64,000 nt of DNA from Pseudomonadota bacterium (lineage in GTDB: Bacteria; Pseudomonadota; Alphaproteobacteria; SHVP01): positions 11,745 through 75,744 of the forward strand of contig JAQBYN010000015.1 in assembly GCA_027622715.1 (NCBI GenBank), in the 5' to 3' direction. Under the pieces are notes generated by a model. The model was not told the origin of the DNA, made no database searches, and worked only from the letters and a program-made list of their open reading frames with translations. Within the stretch, counting starts at the first letter, position 1. Every line of letters starts with the position of its first letter. Below, one piece after another: positions 10,292 through 20,377 of this stretch. The position numbers and the translations under genes were made by a program.

Positions 10292-11815
10292 ATGAATATG
10301 CCCTTAGGGATGTATCGTTCGGCGCGCCTAGTCGCTGTCGTCCTAGTGCTCGCCGTTGTTAGCCCGCTAGCGGGATACGCACAGTCCGCCAAGCTAACCT
10401 TCCTTCACATCAACGATGTATATGAAATTTCGCCGCGGCGCGGCATCGGCGGGCTCGCCGAATTGATGACGCTGTTACGTCAAGAACGCGCCCAAGCTGA
10501 AAACCATATCACCACATTGGGCGGCGACTTGGTGTCACCCTCCGTGATGTCGGGGCTGACCAAGGGCAAGCAAATGATCGCGCTGATGAACGCGATCGGC
10601 GTCGACTATGCCGGCCTCGGCAACCACGAATTCGATTTCGGCGATGACCTGCTCAAGCAACGCCTGTCCGAATCAAAGTTTTCCTGGCTTGCGACCAACA
10701 CCCTCGAGAACGGCAAACCGTTTGGCGGGATGGCTGCGACAGCGGTTCGCGACATCGGTGAATTCAAGGTTGGCTTCTTCAGTGTCCTGACCCCGGAGAC
10801 CACTCATTTGTCGAGCCCCGGGAGCGCGATCACGTTTGCCCCGGTTGAGGACGCCGCTAAACAGGCGATCGCCACGTTAAAGGAACAAGGCGCGCACTTC
10901 ATCGTTGCGCTGACGCACTTGGACTTGGCTCAGGACCGCGCGTTGGCGCGCGCGCTTGGCGATATCGACATCATCCTGGGCGGCCACGACCACGATCCAA
11001 TCATGATTTACGAGGGCAGCACGTTGATCCTAAAGGCCGGGACCGACGCCCACTTTCTGGCTGTTGCCGATGTCACCCTGATCAAAGGCGAATCGCGCGG
11101 CACTGTGACCTACTCATTCCAACCGGAATGGCGGCTTCGGACCACGGCCGGCGTGCAACCCGATCCCGAGGTCGCGGCGTTGACCGGGAAATACAATGCC
11201 GAGCTTGATGCCGAACTGTCGATCCCGGTCGGAAAAGCCGGTGTCGAATTGGATAGCCGCCGAGCAAGTGTGCGCACCCGTGAAACCACGATGGGCAATC
11301 TCATTGCGGACGCCATGCGGGCCAGTGTGACGGCCGATATCGCGCTGACCAACGGCGGCGGCATTCGCGGCGACCGTACCTACGACGCCGGTTCGACACT
11401 GACCCGCAAGGACGTGCTGACCGAATTGCCGTTCGGCAACGTCACGGTTGTTCTTGAGCTCAAAGGGTCCGACCTTCTGGCGGCACTCGAGAACGGCGTA
11501 AGCCGCATCGAAGACACCGCGGGCCGCTTTCCCCAAGTCTCCGGGGTGCGCTTTTCGTTCGACTCGACAAAACCAGCCGGCAGTCGCGTCAGCGATGTCA
11601 ACGTCGGCGGTCAGGCGTTGGACGCCAACAAACTGTACCGCGTTGCGACCAATGATTTCATCGCGGGCGGCGGCGACGGGTTCGATGCACTGACGGCGGG
11701 GCGGGTGATCGTCGACGCCGCCGGCGCGACCCTGATCGCGACGATGGTGATGGACTACATCTCGGCCAACGGGACCGTTACACCGAAAGTCGATGGCCGG
11801 ATTAGCGGTCGTTAA
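10292..11815 (+). CDS. Periplasmic bifunctional metallophosphatase/5'-nucleotidase
   Basis: Signal peptide, HINDVY, GGDLVSPS, GNHEFD, LTH, GGHDH; C-terminal NGGGIRG, LPFGN, FPQVSG, GGDGF. SD GGGAGG at 10281. Confidence 0.92.
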   Translation: MNMPLGMYRSARLVAVVLVLAVVSPLAGYAQSAKLTFLHINDVYEISPRRGIGGLAELMTLLRQERAQAENHITTLGGDLVSPSVMSGLTKGKQMIALMNAIGVDYAGLGNHEFDFGDDLLKQRLSESKFSWLATNTLENGKPFGGMAATAVRDIGEFKVGFFSVLTPETTHLSSPGSAITFAPVEDAAKQAIATLKEQGAHFIVALTHLDLAQDRALARALGDIDIILGGHDHDPIMIYEGSTLILKAGTDAHFLAVADVTLIKGESRGTVTYSFQPEWRLRTTAGVQPDPEVAALTGKYNAELDAELSIPVGKAGVELDSRRASVRTRETTMGNLIADAMRASVTADIALTNGGGIRGDRTYDAGSTLTRKDVLTELPFGNVTVVLELKGSDLLAALENGVSRIEDTAGRFPQVSGVRFSFDSTKPAGSRVSDVNVGGQALDANKLYRVATNDFIAGGGDGFDALTAGRVIVDAAGATLIATMVMDYISANGTVTPKVDGRISGR

Positions 11816-11872
11816 ACGGTTGCCCGGCCGGGTCGCATCAATGCGGCGCGATCCGGCTGGCGACCGACTGCC

Positions 11873-12655
11873 ATGACCGATGCCGTCTTAGCGGGTTTCG
11901 ACCGCACGACTTTTACGCACAACGGCAAGACCCGCCCGGTATTCAGCGCGGGCAGCGGTCCCGGCGTTATCGTGATTCATGAGGTTCCCGGTATTACGCC
12001 CGAGGTTGCACGGTTTGCCACCTGGGTCGTCGAGGCCGGGTTTCATGTCGCGATGCCGTCGTTGTTTGGCGCCCCCGGCAAACCAAAATCGACCGGCTAC
12101 ATCCTGGGTTCCTTCGCCCGGGCCTGTATCAGCCGTGAATTCAATTGCCTCGCCGCCGAACGGTCGAGCCCGGTCACGGACTGGCTGCGGGCGTTGTGCC
12201 GTACAGTGCATGCCGAGTGCGGGGGATTAGGGGTCGGCGCGGTGGGGATGTGCCTGACCGGCAACTTCGCGCTCTCACTGATGGTCGAACCGTCGATGAT
12301 GGCGCCGGTCTTGTCCCAGCCGTCGCTACCCCTGCCGGTTGGAAACAGGCGGCGGGGCGCGCTGCACCTGTCTCCTGCAGATTTGGACACCGCCAAGGAA
12401 AGAACGCGACAAGGCGTCCGCATTCTTGGCCTGCGATTCGACACCGATCCGACCTGCCCTGGCGCGCGCTTTGCGCGATTACGGGAGGAGTTCGGGGCCG
12501 ATTTCGAAGCGATCGAAATTCCGGGCCACTTTGCCGCGACAAAAATGCGGCACAGCGTCTTGACCAACGACCTTGTCGACGAAGTCGGACACCCAACAGT
12601 GGCGGCCCGCGACCGCGTGTTGACGTTTCTCGCGGCGCAACTCAAGCCGGCTTGA
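11873..12655 (+). CDS. Dienelactone hydrolase family protein
   Basis: VIVIHEVPG, nucleophile elbow GAVGMCLTG, C-terminal HSVLT. Confidence 0.85.
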   Translation: MTDAVLAGFDRTTFTHNGKTRPVFSAGSGPGVIVIHEVPGITPEVARFATWVVEAGFHVAMPSLFGAPGKPKSTGYILGSFARACISREFNCLAAERSSPVTDWLRALCRTVHAECGGLGVGAVGMCLTGNFALSLMVEPSMMAPVLSQPSLPLPVGNRRRGALHLSPADLDTAKERTRQGVRILGLRFDTDPTCPGARFARLREEFGADFEAIEIPGHFAATKMRHSVLTNDLVDEVGHPTVAARDRVLTFLAAQLKPA

Positions 12656-12740
12656 TCACTGCGCCAGGCGGCGCACAAACGAGATCTCGTGCTACCCTGC
12701 GTGTGGGCAGGTGGGACCATGCCGAACGTGGAACAGAACA

Positions 12741-13799
12741 GTGACAGCCGAGAACCTCGATCTGGCCAGTTTTGGCTGGAACGCCTTTTTTGAATCCCAG
12801 CGTCAGCTTGACGATCAGGCCGACGCCGTGCCCGTGCGCGTCATGTCGGTTCACCGCGCCGGCCTTAGTGTTGCCGCGCCGGGCATTGATCTCCTGATTC
12901 CGACGATCAAAGCCTCCCCGGGCAATGAAGCGGCCGCTGCCACGGTTGGCGACTGGCTGCTGCTCGACCGCGAAACGTCGGCGCCGCGCCTAATGCAACG
13001 CAAGAGCCTGTTCTCGCGCCGCGCCGCCGGTGCCGCCCGTAAGCTGCAACTCATCGCCGCCAATGTTGACACGCTATTTGTCGTGTCGTCGTGCAACGAA
13101 GACTTCAACGTCGCCCGTTTGGAACGCTATCTCGCGCTGGCGCGCGAGGCAGACGTGACGCCGGTTATCGTACTCACCAAAGCCGACCTGACCGACGAGC
13201 CTGAAGAATTTGTCCGCGCGGCCGCTGCCCTCATGCCTGGCCTCATGGTCGAAATTGTCGATGCGCGCGATCCGAAGAGCGTTGCCGGTCTCGCTGCCTG
13301 GTGTGGGCTGGGCCAGACCGTCGCGCTGGTCGGCTCGTCCGGCGTCGGTAAATCGACTCTTGTGAACACGTTGACCGGTATCGACCAAGCCGCGACGCAG
13401 AGCGTTCGTGAGGAAGACGGTAAGGGGCGCCACACGACATCGGCCCGCTCGCTCCATCGTTTGCCCACGAAGGGCTGGATTGTGGACACGCCGGGCATGC
13501 GGGAATTGCAGCTGACCGATATTACGACTGGCATCGACGAGGTTTTTGCCGATGTTGTCGCGTTGATCAAGGAATGCAAATTTACCGATTGTCGCCACGA
13601 GGCGGAACCCGGCTGCGCGGTCCTGGCCGCGATCGCCGCCGGCACATTCGATTCCGCACGGCTGACACGCTGGCAGAAACTCGTCGCCGAAGAAGCCCAC
13701 AACACGGCCAATCTCGCCGAGCGACACGCGCACGATCGAACATTCACCAAGAAGATCAAGGTCGCGGTAAAGAGCAAGCGGCGCCCGCGCGGAAGATGA
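12741..13799 (+). CDS. rsgA: Ribosome small subunit-dependent GTPase A (circularly permuted)
   Basis: VGDW, AANVD, TKAD, GSSGVGKS, GRHTT, DTPG, CKFTDCRHEAEPGC zinc motif. GTG start inferred. Confidence 0.92.
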   Translation: MTAENLDLASFGWNAFFESQRQLDDQADAVPVRVMSVHRAGLSVAAPGIDLLIPTIKASPGNEAAAATVGDWLLLDRETSAPRLMQRKSLFSRRAAGAARKLQLIAANVDTLFVVSSCNEDFNVARLERYLALAREADVTPVIVLTKADLTDEPEEFVRAAAALMPGLMVEIVDARDPKSVAGLAAWCGLGQTVALVGSSGVGKSTLVNTLTGIDQAATQSVREEDGKGRHTTSARSLHRLPTKGWIVDTPGMRELQLTDITTGIDEVFADVVALIKECKFTDCRHEAEPGCAVLAAIAAGTFDSARLTRWQKLVAEEAHNTANLAERHAHDRTFTKKIKVAVKSKRRPRGR

Positions 13800-13842
13800 G
13801 CCACTGCTGATCGTCGGTTGGGCCGCCCGGTTGAAAGCCAAA

Positions 13843-13873
13843 AAAAAGGCGGGCGAAAGACACCGGCCTTTTT
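13843..13873. terminator. Probable bidirectional terminator between convergent rsgA and msrP
   Basis: AAAAAGGC...GCCTTTTT imperfect hairpin with A and T tracts on both sides. Confidence 0.65.
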
Positions 13874-13887
13874 GATGTTTGATTGGG

Positions 13888-14862
13888 TTAGATGAACAGC
13901 GCGCGGTCTTGCGGCATATCCTTGTACAGATCGGCCACGAATTCGCCGTAACCGTTATAGATCAGGGTCGGCACTCGTTTGTCGGTGCCCAGCACGCGTT
14001 CCGTTTTTTGGGTCCAGCGCGGATGGTCGAACGCCGGATTGACGTTGGCCCAAAACCCGTATTCGGCGTCTTGGAGTTCTTCCCAGAAGGTCTTGGGCCG
14101 TTTGTCGGTAAACGTGATGCTGACAATCGACTTGGCCGACTTGAATCCGTATTTCCATGGCACCGCGATTCGGATCGGCGCCCCGTGTTGCGGCAACGCC
14201 GGATGACCGTAGGTCCCGGTCACCATGAACGTCATTTCGTTCATCGCCTCTTCCATCGTCAGGCCTTCCACGTAGGGCCAGGGATACCAGAACTGGCGTT
14301 GACCCGAGGCGAAGCTCTTGTCCACGAAGGTGCGAAACTCGACATACTTGGCCGATCCCAGCGGTTGCACCATTTTGATGAGATGGCTCAATTCGAACCC
14401 ACTCCACGGGATCGTCATGGACCAGGCTTCGACGCAGCGATGGCGGTAGAGGCGCTCCTCGAGCGGCATTTTTGCCAGCAGGTCGTCGATCCCGATTTCC
14501 ATTTCGTTCTCGACCATGCCGTCTATCCGTACGGTCCACGGGCGCACCGGCAACCGTTGGGCGGCACGCCAGATTTCTTTGTGCGAACCGAACTCGTAAA
14601 AATTGTTATAGGTCGAATTGATCTTCTCAGGCGTGAGATCGCGATCGAGCCGGTACCGTAGGTTCTGCTTGACCGGATACAGATGCGCCGACGGATCGTC
14701 TTCGGTCGCCGCCTGGGCGACGCCGCCCAGAACGGGGCCCGCAGCCGCGAGAATGGTTCCCGCTGCGGCACCCTTCATCAGTTGCCGGCGATTCAGGTAA
14801 GCCGATTCGGACGTGGCGGCCGATTCGGGAATTTCCCATCCTTTGGGATTCTTGATCAGCAT
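13888..14862 (-). CDS. msrP: Protein-methionine-sulfoxide reductase catalytic subunit (Tat-exported molybdoenzyme)
   Basis: NRRQLMKG Tat motif, YNNFYEFG, ERLYRHRCVEAWSM, PWPYVEGL, VPWKYGFKSAKSI, YGFWANVNP. Confidence 0.95.
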   Translation of the reverse strand: MLIKNPKGWEIPESAATSESAYLNRRQLMKGAAAGTILAAAGPVLGGVAQAATEDDPSAHLYPVKQNLRYRLDRDLTPEKINSTYNNFYEFGSHKEIWRAAQRLPVRPWTVRIDGMVENEMEIGIDDLLAKMPLEERLYRHRCVEAWSMTIPWSGFELSHLIKMVQPLGSAKYVEFRTFVDKSFASGQRQFWYPWPYVEGLTMEEAMNEMTFMVTGTYGHPALPQHGAPIRIAVPWKYGFKSAKSIVSITFTDKRPKTFWEELQDAEYGFWANVNPAFDHPRWTQKTERVLGTDKRVPTLIYNGYGEFVADLYKDMPQDRALFI

Positions 14863-14986
14863 GCTGGTCTCCCGCCTAATGCGTTGTCCATGGACGTAGC
14901 GGCTGCAGAGCGCCGCCACAATTCAAGTGTCGGTGAGACTTCTCACGAAAGTCTCCCGATATCGCGGGTCGACGCCGAAATCGGGG

Positions 14987-17017
14987 TTATTGGGCGGCGT
15001 CCGCCATGCCGGCACGGTAAGTTTGGACGGCCTCGTCGGCGAGGCGGCCCCGAATTTCCTGCAAATGATCGAACGCCCAGGTGTAGCTGCCGACCCCTTG
15101 GGAAACCGACCGCAGCTCAATAATCAGATCGTGAATTTCCGACTGCGGCAGATTGACCTTTACGACATCCCAGCCGGACCACCCTTCGCGGGTGTCGAAG
15201 CCAAGAATTTGGCCGCGCCGTGCACTGGCCATGGCGTTGACCTTTGGCGTCACTTCCGATGGCACGGTGACGTTGACGGCCAAGATGGGCTCCAGCAGGA
15301 CCGGGTCGCATTTTGGCATGCCCTCTTTCATGGCCATACTGCCCGCCGTCTTAAACGCCATCTCCGACGAGTCGACCGAATGGTATTGGCCGTCATTGAG
15401 CGTGACGCACAAATCGACGACGTTGAAGCCGAGCGGCCCGCGCGTCAGATATTCACGAACGCCTGCTTCGACGGCAGGGATGTACTGGCGTGGCACCGAC
15501 CCGCCAACAACTTTGTCCTCGAACTGGAATCCACTGCCCCGGGGCAACGGTTTGATGTCGATATGGACGTCACCAAACTGGCCGTGGCCGCCCGACTGGC
15601 GCTTGAACCGCGCGTGCTGGGAGACCGGTTTGCGAATGGCTTCCTTATAGGGAACACGGGGGCGGCCGGTTTCGATCTCGATCTTGAACCGGTTTTTCAT
15701 TTTCTCGGTGGCGACGCGCAGGTGAATTTCCCCCTGGCCCCGCAGGATCGTCTCGCCGGTCTCCTGGTTGTGTTCCAGTTGGAGGGATGGATCCTCATCG
15801 AGTATTTTTGCAAGTGATCCAGACAGCTTCACGTCGTCATCGCGCTTCGCCGGCGCGATCGTCATCGCAAAGACCGGCGGCGTCGCCGCGACCCGTGGCA
15901 AGGCCGGTGCAGTGCCTGTCGCGGTCAGTGTGTCGCCGGTTTTCGCTTCGTCGAGCCGCCCGAAAGCCACGATCTCACCGGGACCAGCCACCGATACTTT
16001 TTCGGTGTGTTGTCCAACCATATGGAAGAGGCTCGCGATCCGCTCTCCATTGGCGGAGTCGCCGTCCTTGAACGTCCCGCTCCAGACCCGCGCCACCGAC
16101 ATTTTGCCAAAATTCGGCGTCTGAAAGGTCTTGAGTATTTGTGCCACGGGCTTCGTCGTCGTCGCCCCGATCCGGGCCGCCGCGACGTCGGGTGATGCAA
16201 CTTCATGGCGCAGCATCTTCAGCAGGCGCCAGACGCCGGCGTCGTGTTCGGCCGCACCGAAAATCGTCGGCACGATGTGGCCCTCTTGGAAAGCCGTGCG
16301 GAGCGACGCGTAGGCCTGATTGTTGTCTGCGGCTTCTTCTTCCAGAAGGCGTTCCATCAGCGCTTCGTCGAAGTCCGATAGCCGTTCGAGCATCGCATAG
16401 CGGGCGGCGGCGAATTCGTCCCTCAGCGCCGCCGGCACGTCAGTTTGGGTGGACGCACCGTCATCCGCATAGGTGAATGCCCGGCCACTCGGCAGGTCGA
16501 TGTAGCCGCGCAAATTTTCCCCCTCAAGAATCGGGAACTCGCGCAGCACGAGCGGGGCTTGCGACGTGGCTTGGATCGAGTTGACGACTCGATCCACCGT
16601 GCCCTCCATTTTGTCGACCTTGTTGATGAATAGAAGGCGCGGGATGCGATGTTCTTCCAAGAAGTGCAGAAGCCCCGACAACGCCAACGCTTTGGCTGGG
16701 TCAGCATCCGCCACGATTACGGCGGCATCGACTCCGATCAACGCATTGTAGGTTTCTTGAGCAAACTCGATCGAACCCGGACAATCCAGAAAAGAGAACG
16801 AATCGCCGAGGTAGGATGCGGTCGCGACGTTGACCTCAGTCCCCATGCTGCGATCGCGGGCTTCTTGCGAATGATCCCCGACGGTGCTGCCCTCGCCGGT
16901 TGTGCCCTTGCGAGAAATCTTTTTGGTGGCAAACAAGATGCTCTCAAGCAACGTGGTCTTGCCCGACATATAGGGCCCGACGAGAGCGACTGAGCGTGGT
17001 CCGGCACTATTCGCCAT
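14987..17017 (-). CDS. Elongation factor G-like paralogue (EF-G II type)
   Basis: EF-G domain layout: NKVD, GQGEIHL, VPYKEAI, KRQSGGHGQFG, DGQYHSVDSSEMAF, LLEPI. The P-loop GPYMSGKTT and switch II DCPGS are divergent. Confidence 0.9.
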   Translation of the reverse strand: MANSAGPRSVALVGPYMSGKTTLLESILFATKKISRKGTTGEGSTVGDHSQEARDRSMGTEVNVATASYLGDSFSFLDCPGSIEFAQETYNALIGVDAAVIVADADPAKALALSGLLHFLEEHRIPRLLFINKVDKMEGTVDRVVNSIQATSQAPLVLREFPILEGENLRGYIDLPSGRAFTYADDGASTQTDVPAALRDEFAAARYAMLERLSDFDEALMERLLEEEAADNNQAYASLRTAFQEGHIVPTIFGAAEHDAGVWRLLKMLRHEVASPDVAAARIGATTTKPVAQILKTFQTPNFGKMSVARVWSGTFKDGDSANGERIASLFHMVGQHTEKVSVAGPGEIVAFGRLDEAKTGDTLTATGTAPALPRVAATPPVFAMTIAPAKRDDDVKLSGSLAKILDEDPSLQLEHNQETGETILRGQGEIHLRVATEKMKNRFKIEIETGRPRVPYKEAIRKPVSQHARFKRQSGGHGQFGDVHIDIKPLPRGSGFQFEDKVVGGSVPRQYIPAVEAGVREYLTRGPLGFNVVDLCVTLNDGQYHSVDSSEMAFKTAGSMAMKEGMPKCDPVLLEPILAVNVTVPSEVTPKVNAMASARRGQILGFDTREGWSGWDVVKVNLPQSEIHDLIIELRSVSQGVGSYTWAFDHLQEIRGRLADEAVQTYRAGMADAAQ

Positions 17018-17171
17018 GACATCCTCCCTGCGCCTTGTTCTTGAAACCATGGTTTCAAGCCATCCGAGGCGGCGCAAGGGGAATCCTGTAATCGGGCAGT
17101 CTGGGACGGCTTAGCGGCAGACCGCGTGCACTGTGCGGTCATTCTGGGTCGGCGCGGGAAGTTATGAGCGG

Positions 17172-18095
17172 TTAGCCGCGACCGCCGTTGGCCCACGGTT
17201 TGAGGGCGCCCCAGACTACATCGTGGGTTGGGGTCGGCACACCGACCTCACGACCGAAGCGGGAGATCGCGCCGGAGAGCCACTTCACCTCCAGCGGCTT
17301 GCCGCGTTCTAAGTCGTGCAACATTGACGGTTTGATCGCGGGAATCTTGGTCGGATCGAAACGCTGGGCTGCGCCGAGGGCGCCGGGCTCGAGCGTGATC
17401 TTGCGCGCTGCCGCAACGGCGGCGACTTCTTGCATGGCGCGTTTGACGAGTTCAGCGCCTTCCGGTTCGGCCATTACATCGCGAATCGGTAACCGCGCGA
17501 GACAGCAAATCCCGCTCAATGCAGTCAGCATGACCATCTTCGACCAAATCGCCGATTCGACGTCGTCGGTCAGCACTGCCTTAACGCCGAACGCCGCAAC
17601 CGCCGCTAGGAAAGCCTCAGCCGCCGGTCGCCCCGCCGGATCGAGCGCGCCAAAAACCAGCCGCACCCCGGCGGTCTCGTGAACGATTACGCCGGGTTCG
17701 GCGATGTGCGACGAAATATAGATCGAGCCGCGCAGAACGTGGGCCGCACCGAAGGTATCGACCAGCCATTGGTGGCTTTCGACACCGTTAAGGACATCGA
17801 GAACGACTGTGTTCGGACCGATCAGCGGCGTCATCGCGGCAATGGCAGCCTGCGCATCGTAGACCTTGACCGAAAAGATGACCGTATCCACCGGGCCGAT
17901 GGTCGCCGGATCGTCGGTTGCCTGCGCCGGGTTGACGATGATGGGCCGGTCTTTGTCGTCGAGCCGCAGGCCCTTGGCCTGCATCGCCGCGAGGTGCGCG
18001 CCGCGGGCGACAAAAAAGACGTCGTGGCCTTGGTCGGCGAGGCGGGCGCCGAGATAGCCCCCGACGCCGCCCGATCCCATAATCGCGATCTTCAT
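17172..18095 (-). CDS. panE: 2-dehydropantoate 2-reductase (ketopantoate reductase)
   Basis: GSGGVGG, ARG, SVK, LNG, IWSK, SMLHDLERGKPLEV. Confidence 0.88.
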   Translation of the reverse strand: MKIAIMGSGGVGGYLGARLADQGHDVFFVARGAHLAAMQAKGLRLDDKDRPIIVNPAQATDDPATIGPVDTVIFSVKVYDAQAAIAAMTPLIGPNTVVLDVLNGVESHQWLVDTFGAAHVLRGSIYISSHIAEPGVIVHETAGVRLVFGALDPAGRPAAEAFLAAVAAFGVKAVLTDDVESAIWSKMVMLTALSGICCLARLPIRDVMAEPEGAELVKRAMQEVAAVAAARKITLEPGALGAAQRFDPTKIPAIKPSMLHDLERGKPLEVKWLSGAISRFGREVGVPTPTHDVVWGALKPWANGGRG

Positions 18096-18115
18096 TCCAG
18101 GACTTCCCGCTATAT

Positions 18116-19339
<1,224 letters not shown>

Positions 19340-19404
19340 CTAGGACCAAAGCGGCAGAATTCGGCCGCACGCTACGCCCCCTATTGAGGCCGCGCAACCG
19401 CCGG

Positions 19405-20241
19405 TCAAGGGCCGTCCGAGCCCCGCGCCCGGCGGATATAGACGACGTAGTAAACGAGCGCCACGAACACGCTGCCACCGACAATGTTGCCTAGTGTCAC
19501 CGGCACGAGATTCGCCGCGAGGCCCGCGACAGTGAGCCCCATCGAGGCGGGATCGGGGGCGACGAGCATGCCCAACGGCACCAAAAACATGTTGGCCACC
19601 GAATGCTCGAACCCGGCGGCGACGAACGCCGAGATCGGGAATACGACGGCAAGTATCTTGCCCGACACCGAATGGGCCGCCATCGCCAACCACACGGCGA
19701 GGCAGACCAGGGCGTTACACAAGAGCCCGCGGAAGAACGCCTCGACGAATGGCAGTGACGTCTTTGCGGCGGCAACCCGCACCGCCGAATCGCCTAACGC
19801 GCCGCCGTGGCCACCCATGACCCCCGAAAGATCAACGATCACCGCGGTCGCGACAGCACCGACAAAGTTGGCGGCGAAAACAAGTCCCCAGTTTCGCAAC
19901 AACCGACCCGACGTGATTTTACGGTCGGCCCAGGCGATCACGATAAGGTTGTTGCCTGTAAAGAGTTCCGCCCCGGCGACCACGACCAGGACCAGCCCGA
20001 GCGAAAAACAAATCCCGCCGACAACCCGTTCGAGGCCATAGCCGAGGCCGGAATCGGTGATCGCCACGAGATAAAACAGCGACCCGAACGCGATAAACGC
20101 GCCGGCCAGGACGCCAAGAGCAAGGGTCGGGACTATCCCCAGACCGGCCTTAGTGACCCCGGCGCTTTCCACCCGGCGGGCAATCTCCGCCGGAGCGTAA
20201 GCGTCAAGGAGGGTGAAGGGGTTGCCCTGATTGTTTTCCAT
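19405..20241 (-). CDS. Formate/nitrite transporter (FNT) family channel
   Basis: GAELFTGNN, LCNALVCLAVW, GFEHSVANM, VTLGNIVGG. Confidence 0.93.
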   Translation of the reverse strand: MENNQGNPFTLLDAYAPAEIARRVESAGVTKAGLGIVPTLALGVLAGAFIAFGSLFYLVAITDSGLGYGLERVVGGICFSLGLVLVVVAGAELFTGNNLIVIAWADRKITSGRLLRNWGLVFAANFVGAVATAVIVDLSGVMGGHGGALGDSAVRVAAAKTSLPFVEAFFRGLLCNALVCLAVWLAMAAHSVSGKILAVVFPISAFVAAGFEHSVANMFLVPLGMLVAPDPASMGLTVAGLAANLVPVTLGNIVGGSVFVALVYYVVYIRRARGSDGP

Positions 20242-20377
20242 ATGGCGGCATCCTGGCAGAATCGGCCGGTGTTGTACCTTGATCCGGCGCAAAGGCAGCA
20301 GATTGCTGACACCGTGGTGTCAGGAGGTCGCGGCCACGGCCTAGCAACGGCAGGCCCGCGCGACATATAAAAGGGGC

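Noticed and set aside
12724..12740. Alphaproteobacterial LexA box upstream of rsgA
   Set aside because: The GAAC repeats are not spaced N7. No convincing box was seen before uvrB or uvrC either.
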